Below are positions 14,390-29,099 of a DNA stretch of 64,000 nt, one piece after another. Within the stretch, counting starts at the first letter, position 1. The number at the start of each line of letters is the position of its first letter. Source of the stretch: Octopus sinensis. Lineage: Eukaryota. A program made the translations under genes and the position numbers. The notes under the pieces are model-generated. The model made no database searches, was not told the origin of the DNA, and was given only the letters and a program-made list of their open reading frames with translations. The stretch covers positions 52,390,001 through 52,454,000 of the forward strand of contig NC_043000.1 of NCBI RefSeq assembly GCF_006345805.1. Reading direction: 5' to 3'.

Positions 14390-15589
14390 GCATGCGCATA
14401 CAAACACACGCACACAGACACTACATATTTTAATGCATTTTTTTATACAATATGCATACAGATGTGCATGTAAACAAGGATGACCGTAACTTTTTAAGTA
14501 AATACGTCAATCATATGCATTAAAGGCACGTTAACATCAGTACAAAGTCCTTTATTTTGAGATCGTATCAATTCAATAAATTGCTTCGATTATCATTTGT
14601 ATTTGAAAATTCATAATATGAGGCCTTTCTACGTCAAAGTATACAAAGCGTGAAAAGTCCTTAGTTAACACGAATCCATTGCAGTAGAATTTACCAATAT
14701 ATGGTCACATTAAAACAACAAACAAGCTTACACCAGTACTTGGACGGGTTTGTTTTTACCACAGTCCATGTGTAATTTCTTTCATATCAATAATCTCCTG
14801 ATAATTCACATATGGTATTCCAGCATTGGGAGCTAATTCAATCCGCTTTCAGAAAGTTCACAGCTTCTTAAGGCCAATTATATGGCAGCTGTTCAGCATG
14901 CAAACGTACTCCTACAACGACCGTTGTTTCCAGTGATTAAGACCATTTATTTGGATTACTCATGCCCATGTCGTTACTTGATTCGGATAAAATTACAGTT
15001 TCAATCAATAATTTCCCTAGTGACATCATAACATTAAATGGATTGTTCCTTTGTGCTTACACGTAAACACGAACTGAAAGGTCGTATACAGTAATATTGT
15101 AAAAGATTAGAAATCCTTAAGACTATATTGCTCTATTTTACTGTGTCTTTTAACCAATTTGATTCTCTAAAGTAAAACGCTCGAGCTTATAGAAAATGCA
15201 ACAGTGATACATATTTCATAATACTCAAGAAATGTGTATTATGAAAATATTTATTCTAAAATCTTGTCAAAAGACGACAAATAGAACATCTAACGTAAAT
15301 TATATCCCAATGTTACTAAAAGACGGACGCAATGGTTCATAAGAAAAGAGTGGTATGTGTTTGTATTGTTTTGCGAGAATTTTTAATCTCTAACACTGAG
15401 CACACCTCCGCAAATCCGTGTATGCATACATACATGCATGCATACATACTTACGCACATGCGTACGTGCATACACACATACATACGTACGTACATGCATA
15501 CTTACAATTTGTAAGAGTTGGGTTTCCTCAGTTTCCTATACTGTACATAAATATAAATATAAACACACATGCACATGCATAAATACATG

Positions 15590-15649
15590 CATATGTATAT
15601 ATATGTATATATATATATGTGTATGTATATATATATATACATATGTGTG

Positions 15650-15726
<77 letters not shown>

Positions 15727-15784
15727 ATATATATATATATAAATATAATATATATATATATATATATAAATATAATATATATAT

Positions 15785-15816
<32 letters not shown>

Positions 15817-15832
15817 AATATATATACATACA

Positions 15833-15870
<38 letters not shown>

Positions 15871-15880
15871 TATATATATA

Positions 15881-15952
<72 letters not shown>
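15590..15952. repeat. Long imperfect (TA)n microsatellite (~360 bp)
   Basis: Direct reading. Source of several YI-repeat pseudo-ORFs. Confidence 0.97.
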
Positions 15953-15954
<2 letters not shown>

Positions 15955-17011
15955 CGTTATAAATTAGAACAAACAGTAAAAGTTTGCCATTATTATACTC
16001 GGAGTCTCCAATGTGTGTATGTGTGTGTGTATGCATGTGTGTATGCTTGTGTGTGTCGCATTGTTCTTACCAGCAGTATGACTTTTGTCTTAGCTCCATT
16101 CTTCACCCCTTGGATCCGAAAATTCAGTACAGTTCCTCCATCTCTCTGGATTTGTGCGTTTCTTGTTGTTGTTGTTGTTGTTATGATTGCCATCGTTGTC
16201 ACCGCCGCTACCCTACATAAAGGGCATGGATACAAACAGCATAAGAAGCGAAACCATATGATCATTCCGAAATACAATAATATGCATATACTGCATAAAT
16301 ATAAAAATTATGCATTTTTAGCGACCCTACTGATGATCTACACTAATTTATCTGGTCATTTATAGCGAGTATAGAGTTAATTAATTTTTATTTACTCTTG
16401 TGCCTATTAGCAACGTACCTTAAGAATTCCTTTTTTCGTGTTTGGGTTTTAATTGCCCTTTTCAGCATGTAAAAATTCCTGTCAGGTGTCTCTTCTACGT
16501 GTGTAAATATTTATACACTCTTAAATAAATACCCCACACATACACATATATAGATATATATGTGTACACAGGCACATACTTTTAATCGCACCCATGTTTA
16601 TTTCCTTGGCGTTCCTTCACCCCTTAATAAATTATCGCGTTCAGTGTAGTTTGTTGCAGATCATTGTCTGTTTATTCATTGATATTCTGAAGTTTTCTTG
16701 TTGATATACGATAAACATCACTGTTTATATGCTCTTCTGTTTAGATTATGTTTTGTTTGGAATATTTCACTGATGTGTTACTTTGTTTCAGTAAAATAAT
16801 TGTTTGCTTAATCCTCCTGAGAAACAAAGGCACACAGTATTGCGTATACAGAATATAAGCACATACATGACAGACACGCATGAGTGCATATTCCAAGGTA
16901 TTGGTAGGCACTTATATAGAAAAACACAGACTCACATATGTGACATAATTTCTATCCAAGCAAACATTGCTGTCACTACAACTGTAAATACAAACGGATT
17001 TGTAAATTCCA

Positions 17012-17059
<48 letters not shown>

Positions 17060-17290
17060 TATATACGTGTGTGTGTGTGTGTGTGTGTATCTTCGTTAAA
17101 AGATCATAAATCAGACAAAGAGCATACCCTATAGAATATTACAGCGGTCGTTTATTTTTGTATGTGTAAAGTAACAGTCTTAGAAAGAAAAAAACACTGG
17201 CTTCATATCTCGCGTGAACTAGACATATCTTCAGTTTCTCTAAACGAAAACTGTTCTCTGCAAAGATTCTTTTTTTTAAATCACTAGAAC

Positions 17291-17638
17291 GCTGATATTT
17301 GCGACCTTATAGGGTTTTATAATCCTGGACACCCTGGGTAATAAATTCCCCTCTTTCCACTTCGACTTCTATGCAGATGATGCCTTAGCAATCTCCAGAG
17401 GCGCTGACGGCCATATAATAGATAGGCTTAGAATAGACATCATACACACCCTCAACATCTCTGGCCTTAAAATCACCATAGCGACTAACCTCACCATGGT
17501 GAATTTTTTGGATGTCACGCTTGATTTAGTTAGTGGCACCTACAGACCATACCACAAACCGAATGATAAGCTATCATACATTAATGCAACATCCTGCCAC
17601 CCACCCATAGTGTTCAAAAACCTAATAAAACGGATTTA
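17291..17638 (+). pseudogene. Penelope-like reverse transcriptase fragment
   Basis: With one frameshift it reads ADICDLIGFY/ILDTLGNKFPSFHFDFYADDALAI...ITIATNLTMVNFLDVTLDLVSGTYRPYHKPNDKLSYINATSCHPPIVFKN. This contains the YADD motif and the PLE-type FLDVTLDL...YxKPN...HPP thumb. Confidence 0.88.
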
Positions 17639-18476
17639 CATATGAGCATTTTGGATATGTGCGATGCCCATACATGATTTGGACTAGGAGATTTTATATG
17701 ATATCAGAGTAGTGACACACAGAATGCAGAATTAATGAGAAATTACCTCTTCATTTACTAAGTTATTTGAATGTAGTTTCCGGTAAATATTCAACTAATG
17801 CAAAGTGAATTTCTCTCACCGGGTTTTGAACAAGCTCTTTTCGTATATAAAGGTTCTTTGGGTATTTTGTTCCGAACATATTTCTCTATCAATTACTAAA
17901 TTTTCATCCCATAATTTTATATAATTACCTTTTCTATTCAAATATGTGCAACTATTTTTGACATAGATATCGTAGTTCTCATTAGTATTTTCTGATGTTC
18001 TTACACTATGAGATTCAGTTTCTGCTCTATTTGACATTCTGTATCGGCACCAGATATAATAGATGCAATGTATATATTGTAGTCAAATTTTTATAGGTAT
18101 AACATGAGTTTACGAACATTTAGTATAAGTTTCGCTTTCGAATATATTTCTACTGTTACATTTGCAGTAAATTTTCTGAACTTCTCCAATGTTTTCATAC
18201 AATCTCTTGCAATAAGATGTATATCATTTCCTCGAGCTTTATTTTCTGCTTTGAAATAACTACGGCTTTTTAATGAGAAAATCACTGTAAGAGGTGAAAG
18301 TAGTAACAATACTAAGTAGCATTTTTTAAGACCACTTCACTGTTATCAGCTGTCTGTCTACTTCTAATTTCGAGCATTCGTCAATATTATGGGTCTTGAA
18401 AGACAGTTGCTATACATACATATACATATACACACATATATATTTATATATCTACATACATACTTACATATATATA

Positions 18477-18684
18477 TACTCTTTACTCTTTTACTTGTTT
18501 CAGTCTTTTAAATGCGGCCATGCTGGAATACCACCTTTAATCGAGAAACCGACCCCGGAAGTTATTCTATCGGTCTCTTTTGCCAACCGCTAAGTAACGA
18601 AGACATAAACACGCCAGCACATCGGTTGACAAGCCATGCTATGGGGACAAACACAGACACACAAACACACACACGCATATATAT

Positions 18685-18722
<38 letters not shown>

Positions 18723-18872
18723 CGACGAGCTTCTTTCAGTTCCGTCAACCAAAGGCTTTGGTCGACCCGAGGCTATAGTAGAATACACTTGCCCAAGGTG
18801 CCACACAGTGGGACTGAACCCGGAACCATGTGGTTGGTAAACAAGCTATGTACCACACACCCACTCCTGTGC
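18477..18872 (-). mobile_element. SINE family A, near full length
   Basis: Collinear with 31467-31892, with a tRNA-like head, an internal (TA)n and a TACTCTTT tail. Confidence 0.92.
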
Positions 18873-18891
18873 TATATATAAATTATATAAT

Positions 18892-18987
<96 letters not shown>

Positions 18988-19019
18988 TATATATATATAC
19001 ATACATATACACAAACATA

Positions 19020-19331
19020 TATATATATAATATTGATAAAAACGGTAAGATAACGAAAAAGATACATCGATAATGTAAATAGAGGAATTTATCTGTAAAG
19101 GTAATATGTGACAATAATTAGCCATAATAAAACTCAGAGATTCGGATGCGAGGTGGAAATTCACGCCGCCATCTCTCAGTTATCCGGCCATCGGAACAAC
19201 GCTATGAAAAGCGACTGCATTTTTCATACCGTTGTTCCGATGCCGGATAACTGAAGAGATGGCGGCGTGAATTTCCACTTCGGCATCCGAATCTCGGAGT
19301 TTTATTATGACTACCAAATTATTGTCACATA
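19020..19331. mobile_element. PLE-type terminal repeat folded back on itself
   Basis: Palindrome 19105-19331 with a ~9-nt centre. 19020-19115 is related to 38595-38690. A degenerate hammerhead lies in each arm. Confidence 0.7.
19245..19306 (+). ncRNA. Degenerate type I hammerhead motif
   Basis: ataa-CTGAAGA-gatg...catc-c-GAAT-ctcggag-TT-ttat. A15.1 is changed to T and stem II is out of register by one base. Confidence 0.45.
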
Positions 19332-19343
19332 GGACATTCACAT

Positions 19344-19384
<41 letters not shown>

Positions 19385-19547
19385 ATATTATATATATATA
19401 TATATTATATATATATAATATTATATATATATATATATAATTATATATATATTATATATATATATAAAAATTAGGGTAGAAAATGATATTAGTCAATTAA
19501 AACCAGTGGTCTAGCACATTAAAAGAATCCGAAGATTAAAATATTAT

Positions 19548-19795
19548 ATAACCAATTAAGGACTGAACACGAAAAGGTGGACATCAACATGCTAGATATA
19601 GACGTCAAATCGCCATTCTCCACAAGGATTATGTTCTCAATAAAAATAAAATTCAGCACGACCTAAATTCATCCATTGCTTTAGGTCGTGCTGATTTTAT
19701 TTTATTTTTGAGAACATAATCCTTGTGGAGAATGGCGATTTGACGTCTATATCTAGCATGTTGACTGAACCTTTTCGTGTTCAGTCCTTAATTGG

Positions 19796-19799
<4 letters not shown>
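19548..19799. repeat. Imperfect palindrome with ~120-bp arms
   Basis: aattaaggactgaacacgaaaagg...agcacgacctaaa is mirrored by tttaggtcgtgctg...cttttcgtgttcagtccttaatt. Confidence 0.9.
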
Positions 19800-19825
<26 letters not shown>

Positions 19826-19829
<4 letters not shown>

Positions 19830-20484
19830 TGAGGGTGTCTAAAAGACACCAACATGCCGAAATAGCAGTCGAAACTCCGACTATAAAACCATGTTAAATG
19901 TTCATATCGCACCATGAGGTAAATACCTTTGTAAGGTATTTCTTTCATGCTGGCCACTTGATAATTTCGACACTTAAATATCGATATTATCCTCATATAT
20001 AAATTTATATAATTCGTTATTATATTCACTGCGGTGCTTATTTTAACCATGTCGTACTTATGCGGTGATTTGGCGGGCGATTCAAACTGGCTGTGTCCAT
20101 ACGTGCATATGATGTATGTGCGACGCTCGTATATGTAAGATATCGTTTGCTGTGCATATATGTATCTGTATTTATGTACCCTTGATATATTCAATTATGA
20201 CGGTAAAGCTTATCTAAAGCAGAACCAGAAATCCTTGGATCTTGAATTATTCAATAATTTTTGCTTGTATGTTTCGTCCCTCCGCTTTACCTCATGGTGC
20301 GATATGAACATTTAACATGGTTTTATAGTCAGAGTTTCGACTGCTATTTCGGCATGTTGGTGTCTTTTAGACACCCTCATTTTTAATTGTTAAAAATTTT
20401 TTTACCTTTGTAGGGTATTTCTTTCATGCTGGCCACTTGATAATTTCGGCACTTAAATATCGATATTATCCTCATATATAAATT

Positions 20485-20490
<6 letters not shown>
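19826..20490. mobile_element. PLE-type end with mixed inverted and direct repeats
   Basis: Inverted pair 19826-19924 / 20286-20388, direct pair ~19921-20010 / ~20400-20488, and a relic hammerhead at 20189-20247. Confidence 0.7.
20189..20247 (+). ncRNA. Relic type I hammerhead (core lacks G5)
   Basis: attcaa-TTATGA-c.ggt...acc.a-GAAA-tcc.tt.gga-TC-ttgaat. Stems I (6 bp) and III (4 bp) are intact. Confidence 0.5.
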
Positions 20491-20522
<32 letters not shown>

Positions 20523-21674
20523 AACATACATATACACATGCACCCTATTTAGGAAAACGCAGTAAACTTGCAAATACAAACACGAGAAAAAGTGTTTATT
20601 TTAAAGCGGTTATATATATAACGGTTGTCTAATATTATTACTGTATATTGAAAGTAGATGCCCAAATATTCCTATTTTCAAATCTACAGTAAAACTATTA
20701 AGGACTATTTTATGGTTTATATACGGTCGCAAAACATTTAATATTTAATTATTCGGTAGTTACACAATTGAATGATACGCATACAGCATGAACATGATAA
20801 AGATTAAAATTAAAAATGCGAATTTGCTAAGAGAGTAACAATATTAAAAGTTATTTGGAGGATAGATATCGCTTTCTCTCCTTCACTTCTTTTGGTATAA
20901 ATATGAACGTATATGTATATGTATTCAAACTGAAAATTGTTATGTAAACGCTGAACATATCGTTGGCGTTTATTTGACTCTGGCTGAATGAGATATGCGA
21001 AATTATTATTCGATGCAAAGTAAACAGAACTGCATAATTTTAGGCTTCTACTCGGATTAAAATACTATGTAATCGCTCGGTAACTGTTGGTTCAGCAGCA
21101 ATATTTGTAGTTTATGATTGCAGAAGGAACATCCCTGAATTTCAATTAATTTATGGTATGGCAATAAAAGATAATATTGATATATTTCAGAAACACAAAT
21201 TTTGCAAGTATATCTACCTTAAAATATCTGTTTAGCACAGTCGACGTTATACTATTTATTATTAAACTTTCTGAATTTAGCTTGTCCAATTTTAGTCAGT
21301 AAAATCTGTCCATCCTCTAGTTGAAGGTTGACGGTTTGAAATAAACTGGTGCTGCGTGTATCTTAATTTGAATGGGTGCAGAGATTAGCGGCGTTGATCT
21401 TTGAATACAAAATGACGGTTCTCAAAAAATATATGGGGTGGGGGTTGATTACGCCCATGGATGAAGTTTTAGCTGGTTGCAGATGCAAATGTGTTAAATG
21501 TTAATAACTGACTTTGGTACTAACGTTACTAAATATATCTCTATAATTGTAATCAATGGGAAAGTGGTCTTATATCAAAATTAAATAAAATACATGAGGT
21601 TGAAGAAACATTGATGCACCTTAATATTTTCCCTTTCAATTTCATAATCTGACCGCAGGGCATCTTTATATATA

Positions 21675-21729
<55 letters not shown>

Positions 21730-22165
21730 TGTGCGTGTGTGTGTGTGTGTGTGTTATATGCGTGTATGTGTGTGTACACAGATATATGAAAATAAAGATG
21801 ACCAGAATATGAGGCCTGGAAGCAAACACTTCGTATAATAATAGGTATTTTGTGTTACAATTAAAATATACAGAAACAAATAACCAAAGCACAACAGATT
21901 ACAGATTTCCATAGCTAGTTAAAAGAGCTTTACTGAACACTGTACATTTATTATGTAATGTACTTATCTAAAACTCGTACTTATTTCAACATGGTGTCCT
22001 GAAAGCACAAAATAAACGAAAAATATTGAAATATTAAAATATCGATATTCAGTTTTGTTTTCGTCCAAATTAATTATGACTCTTAATAACTAAGACTAAC
22101 AATTTAACATTTGGTCGACAGTGAACACATTATCTTAAACAGATTTTTTTATTGAAAATCTTTGG

Positions 22166-22598
22166 ATCTTTTCGGTTTGAACGGCAGTCTTTTTCTAGCG
22201 GTGTCATATGAAATTGCCACCCATAATTATAACCCTAGAATCGATCTATTACATTTCAATCTCTTTTAGGGTTAGGGTTAGTTAGGGTTAGTTAGGGTAA
22301 GGGGTGGGTGAAAGGTATCTTTTTTTCTTTACAAACGTAAATAAACCCAATCAGTTTCTTAAACGAGGGACATATTCACACGGCACAGAATGCGTTTTAA
22401 CTCAAAAGACGTCATTGATTGGTTGAAATTGCAGACATTGAAGACAAAAAACAACAAATATCTTACAAACTATAGAATTTTCTCAATAAAGGCGAGAGAA
22501 AAAGATGTTTTATAAACACATTCTACCAGTATACGAAGTTTAAAATTTTTTAATTACCTAGAAATTATGTTAAAAACTGCCGTTCAAACTGAAAAGAT
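22166..22598. mobile_element. TIR element (MITE-like) with an internal telomere-type repeat
   Basis: TIRs atcttttcggtttgaacggcagt / actgccgttcaaactgaaaagat (22/23 match). TTAGGG/TTAG array at 22266-22297. No clear TSD. Confidence 0.85.
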
Positions 22599-22759
22599 GC
22601 AATCTTTGAGAGATTTCACTCATTTATATATCTTTTCTAATAATTATTTGTTATTTTAAGGCGACAATCCATTGGACACTTTCTCATCCGAAAAATATAA
22701 AGATAATAATTATGATACAAGTAGATGTGTTCATATTTTTAGGAATGATGTAATAGAAG

Positions 22760-22985
22760 TTTTAATAACGGTTTCAACTTTTGGCCAGAGAACAGCAATT
22801 TTAGCGGAGTGGATAGCCGTTTACATCAGCTATGTGCTCAAGTAATACTATATTATGGTCCTCGAAAGAATAACATATTAAGTTGACATTGGTGGAATTT
22901 TAAACTCAGAAAGTAAACAACCCAAATTAATGCCAAAAAGCATTTTTGTTCCACGCGATAACGATTCAACCAGCTTAACCGTGTA
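22760..22985 (-). mobile_element. Degenerate SINE family B copy
   Basis: Shares the core block (gttgac.tt.g.ggaattt.aactcagaa) seen in the same or opposite orientation at 7940-8070, 8165-8215, 25580-25630, 42400-42560 and 61965-62058. Confidence 0.55.
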
Positions 22986-23494
22986 GACCTTTACCATAAT
23001 TGAAGAAATTAAAAGAATACGTATGCAGGCAGACGCAGATACACATAAATATAAATAAATATGTATATATCCAATTTTTCAATAAAATTCATGCAAAGTT
23101 TAACTAATTAATTATAAAGAAGAACTTCATTATTTTTGATGACTCGTGTTTGGATGATTTAAAATGCTTTCAGAGGATAAATGCAAATAATATTAACTCG
23201 GAATTACAAGGGCATTGAACTATTTTCCTACAGACGCTAGATTCAATATATCTCCAGGCACATTTGCTTATATAATTGCAAGTAGGTCAACAAACGCTAG
23301 TTGATCAACACGTACATTCGATGTCCATTAATTGATCTGAAATAATTTGCAAAATGCTTCATATTTACATTAGAGTTTAGATTAAAATCATAGATACACA
23401 CAACACGCACACACACACAAATGCACGCTCACACACACATACGTTCACACACTCATTTCTACATACAAATAAATAAATAAATAAATAAATATAC

Positions 23495-23529
<35 letters not shown>

Positions 23530-23536
23530 CATACAT

Positions 23537-23567
<31 letters not shown>

Positions 23568-25330
23568 CACGGAGGCTACGCCCATGCATTAGGCATGTGA
23601 CCCCCTGTAAGCATATGTCTATACAATTGCATATATTTATACGCATATATGCATATTTATGTAGATATAAAATGTATGTAGATGTGTATGTACGTATACA
23701 CACTCACACGCACACACACAAACACACACATATATATTTATACATATGTACACATATTGATATACATACATGCATATACATACAGACATACGTACACAGA
23801 CACACACCCATATATATACAAACACGCACACACAATTTCTCCACGTGTTTGTGTATTTTCATAGTTAAATGCGCGTGTTTTTGTATGTGTGTCACTTAGC
23901 ATGCGTGAATGTGTGTGTGTTGTTTATATCGACGTTTCATGCTACAATATAATTAAATTAACACATCACTGTTATATAAAGTAATTGCAGATAGATGATT
24001 TTAGAACGCTATTTAAAAAATAAAACTTCCACTTTATTGCTTCTCCTTTTCACACACGATTTCTAGTCGAGGTGATATTTCGTTGAGGTGTGATATTCGT
24101 AATACCGATATGTATGTACTCATACTTGTCAGCATTTCTTAGCTCTTTAAATTTTAAAACATTATTTTGGTTTTGCATCTCATTCATAAAATGTATTATG
24201 TAGTAGGCACTCTTAAAAGAAATTGTAGAAAATTGAAAGAGTAAGTTAAGATATCATCATACATTTTAACTCACATTTTGCCTCATATCTAAATAATACA
24301 GAATTGCTCTCCAGCACTTCATATTTCTATACATTTTCTCATCGTGAAATTTCGTATCCATTAAATCAAATTGTTAATATTTACATATAAGAAAAATGCG
24401 AATCTGCCAGAAGGGAACATAATTGCTGATGCAGTGAGCAAGGCGATAAATATTTATTTACGTCCGTCAATGGGGACAGATATTATTAACAAGAATCCAT
24501 TGTCTGGTAGATTCAATTGATTTCACCATTCGTTTACAGCTTGCTGACTTTGCATGGTTACAGGATATCAATATACTACCTTTTATTAGTGCAGCGTACT
24601 AACAGAAAGGTAAAGTTTAGGCCTAACTGTCTAGAAATACTTATTCAATTACCTTTACACACATTGTTCAAACACCATCGTAGTTAATTATTCCGTACAT
24701 AACAAAAATTAAAGAACATTAAACTCATTGCTTAACGTCTGTCGGTATATGTATAGTATTGTGTGAAAGGACAATTCATAGCTGCCTTATATACCAATAT
24801 TAGCATACTTTTATATACTTGAACATAAACCAGACACAATTTTTAGCTTCAGCCAACTATATTATATGTTCAAATACCACCGTGATTGACTGTTTCTTTT
24901 AAAGAAGCCTATTCAATTGATTATAGCAACTTAGCACAATGTGCAATGTGAGTATTTGAAGAATGTATAAAGAACATTAGTTCTTTATATCCTCCTTGGT
25001 TATTGTATTAAGTAGTTATTGGAATTAAATATTTTACAGTTCATTGTTTTATGGTCATCATTGCCATAATTTCCTCTTATCTCAATGTTGACCTAAATAT
25101 GGAAACTCTATGCAGTTGCCCCGTCTTTGCTCTTTTTTTCTAGAACTAGCGCCCAAATTCTACTCACCTGACACATGGAGAATATATAAATACTTTGTAC
25201 TAGAAGCACTCTTCTTAGAAAGGAGTGCTACTTACACTTGGAAGACTTCTGACTTCAATCTACACAACTGTGGCTGGTTTAGAGCTGCGCAATCATTTTC
25301 AGAACAAGAGGGAAGTGAACAATGAATATA

Positions 25331-25401
25331 ATACTATAAGCCTCGGGCTAACCAAAGCCTTATGACTGGATTTGGTAGAGGGAAACTGAAAGAATCCCGC
25401 C

Positions 25402-25491
<90 letters not shown>

Positions 25492-25520
25492 TTGTGCCTG
25501 TGTTTGCTCCCCCGCAAACA
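25331..25520 (+). mobile_element. SINE family A middle fragment with (TA)n
   Basis: tactataagcctcgggctaaccaaagcctt...ggaaactgaaagaatcccgccgtatata matches family A. Confidence 0.85.
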
Positions 25521-27484
25521 GGTAAAAGAGTACATAATGTTTTTGAGCAATTCATATTAAAAACATGTATATTCTACGATTTAAGTAAATATTTGCTAGC
25601 GTACGAGAAGCGTTGACTTCAGCCTTCATCCTTTCAGGGCTGATAAAATACGCTCAAGACATGCGATGAAGCCTATTCTATGACTGATCTTAAGTGTAAG
25701 TGTGTGTAAATGTGTTTGTGTGATACTCTCATATTGAAATTGCTATACAAAATGTACTTTACCTTAATTGTACATACAATATTTTAAATCATAAAACAGC
25801 ATTGCTAAACATATATATGACAACCAACTGAAAACTAATCATGATTTGAAAAGAGAAACCATCTATAACATGTCCAGAATATATATTGCTCACTCGATAC
25901 ACCCTCGTTCTTGGGAGTACATTTTCGATAAATAAAAGGATTTTAAAATGTTTGTACATATTGTAAATATCGTCTCATATGACCATCGATTATTATTTAT
26001 TATTTTAACTAAAACCTTATACTACCATTAGTCGATCTAACTATTCTTGTTCTATTTATGACCTACAACAAGTTTAAATAAACTAGGAAGGAACGAATTG
26101 GAAAATTCGGTCTTCGAATCACGTAAAAAGTTCAAATTTTTGAGAGAATTTACAAATATTAGTGCTAGAAAAATCAGTAATGCGTGGATGATAAGAAATA
26201 ATAGAAAAAAAATATCTCAATAATATTGATGTTCCGATTGCTGTAGTGGTGAGTTGGGCTGAATACAGTAGGAAAGTAGCAATTAGCGACAAGCGTATCC
26301 TTTACTGTGAAGATGGAATCTATAGCATAAATAACAACAATACTTGATGGGAAATGTCTGAATAAACAGTTTTAATTGTTAAAATTACTGAGCTTGCCTA
26401 TATGATTTTCCATAGAATTAGAACTAACATCAATGAATGCACAAAATCCACATAATTACCAAATACATAAATTTGTGCAAAATTCATTTATTTTACGTCA
26501 CTAATACACGAAGAATACTTATCAATATGAGAGTTGCACTGTCCTATATTCGGTGTCATTGCTACTAACAGGCTAGGAAAATATAAATAAAATTACCGAA
26601 TGTCAAGGAATTGTAGTTTTGATACTCGCTTGTGTTAAAGGAAATATCAAAAATTAAACTACATTTTCTGCCTAACCAACACGTTTTCTAGCCCTGATAT
26701 TTCATTGTGATAAAATACTGTTAATGATGAAAAGTAACAAGTCTCTCCGAAATACAAGAAGCAAATGGGGCAACTTGAAACATCTAGTCCCTTCGAACAC
26801 CTACTTAATATCGAATTTATTTCAACCAATGTGAATTTATCTAAAAGCGATAGATAGACATGAAATCATTATACTTTTTCTACTGGTGTTATCAATGTTC
26901 AATATTCTACAATACTTATTATAGAATGATAAGTAACATTTTATAGAGATATTTGACATCTATAATGCAGTTTATATGTCATAAATAAACAGTTTTTGTT
27001 AGTTTGTGTAAGAAATTAGAAGTAATAGATAAAATGGCAACGATATACCTAGAACATTCGAAATGTAATGTTGATTCATTTTACAGCCTGATGTACTGCA
27101 AGATAAGGCTGTATCTACGTAAATATGTTGCACATTTGAACAGACTACCGCAGTCATGATATTATCTAATAAATCTTTACATTTATCCGATTCTGATATC
27201 TAATTAACGCTTTTGTTTTTGATAAAACTGGTCATGCAAGTACCTGACAAATAGGAAATGGCTCTTAATTGAATCTTATTGTTTCTTTATGAAGATAAAT
27301 ACCATTAACAATTTTTACGACTGAATAGCTACGGATATTTGAATCAATAGAGACTATTTTTGTTCGAGTCGGTGAAAACATATATAAGCAATTAAAATGA
27401 TGTGAATTACAATAATTGAAATATTAGCTTCTCTTCAGAGATTTCAATCAATTTTAAGATGTGTCTCTCCCCCCAACACTCTAA

Positions 27485-27583
<99 letters not shown>
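27485..27583. repeat. (TATC)n microsatellite
   Basis: Direct reading. Confidence 0.97.
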
Positions 27584-29099
27584 CCCCCTCTCTCTCTATC
27601 TATCTACCTGTCAGTCTGTCTGTGTCGGATTGTCTGTCTGTCTACTGTGTATCTTTCCCACTGTTTTCAAGCCGATAAAATGTGATTACAGTAAATGTCT
27701 TAGAAAAGCAAACCGTATTACATATAAATGTAACTCAAAATATTATTCTAAGTTGCATCTTTTTAGAAATTATGTTACTTTCAATTTATAACAAGAAATA
27801 TCTCATTCGTATCCTTTTATTGAAAGTGGCAGATTTAGTGGACCATATTACAAAATATGTTATCAAAGACGCGTCTTTGATTGCTGTTTTACTTTAACAG
27901 TGCTCTAAATTCTGTTTTGTAGCAAATGTTGAGTGACGATATGGACGGAAGCAACAGATTCAATGCACTTTTGTTCATCTACCTACGCTGTTGTTAATGT
28001 TGGATTATCTCCTATTATCTTTAAAAAATATCCATTCAGGCATCTAACAATGTATTTTAAAATCATAAAAAAATATAGATATCAGCTGTATTCAATATAA
28101 CCACTAATGAACTGTAATTCCAATTCTAAGGAATGGTTTTATATACAGGCTATAAAATCAAATATATCTAAAAAAATGTGTCCATATTAAGCAATAGCGA
28201 ATATAATTGATGCGTACAATGGTGGAAAATATTCAACTTTAATAAATAATCTGCTACGGTCACAAGCAATATCAATTAAAATCACTTGTGCAAGCTAACA
28301 ATCTGTTCTATTATCACAAAAGGATGTTACTTTTCTTTTCAGCAGTGCATTGTATCTTTAAATTGTTCCTATTGACCGCGCGCTGAAATGGTTGAGATTT
28401 TAATGCTTTTGCTATGGGCGAAAATAATCAGATACGATATACATTCAAGAATGATCATTAGTCTCTCGTTCTCGTGTCGATGTTGTCACCCACCATTAAC
28501 TGACATTTGAACCGTAGTAAATGATGCGGAAAGGAGGTTATCACGAATCCTCTATAGTTTAAAATTGGAGAACTTGAGAAGTTTTAACAAGAAATAAGTT
28601 TCTTTAACAGAAATATTTTTATTTGCATATATCATGGAATAACATATGAATTTTCTTCCCTCGTCATATGAAAATAACTCTTCGGGTATTATAAAATTAG
28701 AAGGAAAAAAATGATCTCAAAGTTCTCTATATTCAATAAGTTGCTATGGAAATCATCAATAATAATCCAACTTTATTAACCAAAGATGAAGGAATGGTAT
28801 TTCTACGGTGACAGTATTATACGTAAGGTAACTTAATTTAAAAAAACTTTTTATTGTAGCCTTTATAGACATGTTAGAATCTTCCATATGGAGTCATTCC
28901 TTTCAATATTTTGGTTTAAAAAAAGGTCACGGAAGATCACTTTCTATGCAGCTGCTATTATTGATCTTGTTCACTTTATGTCATAAACAATTTAATTCTA
29001 CTGAAGTATATATTGAGAACCAAGTAATAGTATAGTACTGTATTTCTTGAAAGTACGTTTTATTGTGTTATATAAGTTTTGATATACAGCATTCAATAA

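Noticed and set aside
15438-16365. Long ORFs rich in YI, CV, HT or YLSI repeats here and throughout the track
   Set aside because: They are translations of (TA)n, (TG)n, (CA)n and (TATC)n microsatellites, not proteins.
17816-18309. Two minus-strand ORFs of ~73 aa in non-repetitive sequence
   Set aside because: No recognisable motif or splice structure; they could be an old transposon relic but I cannot support a call.
28785-28830. Micro-ORF MKEWYFYGDSIIRK ending at AAG|gtaact
   Set aside because: Too short, with no supporting exons or promoter; expected by chance at this scale.
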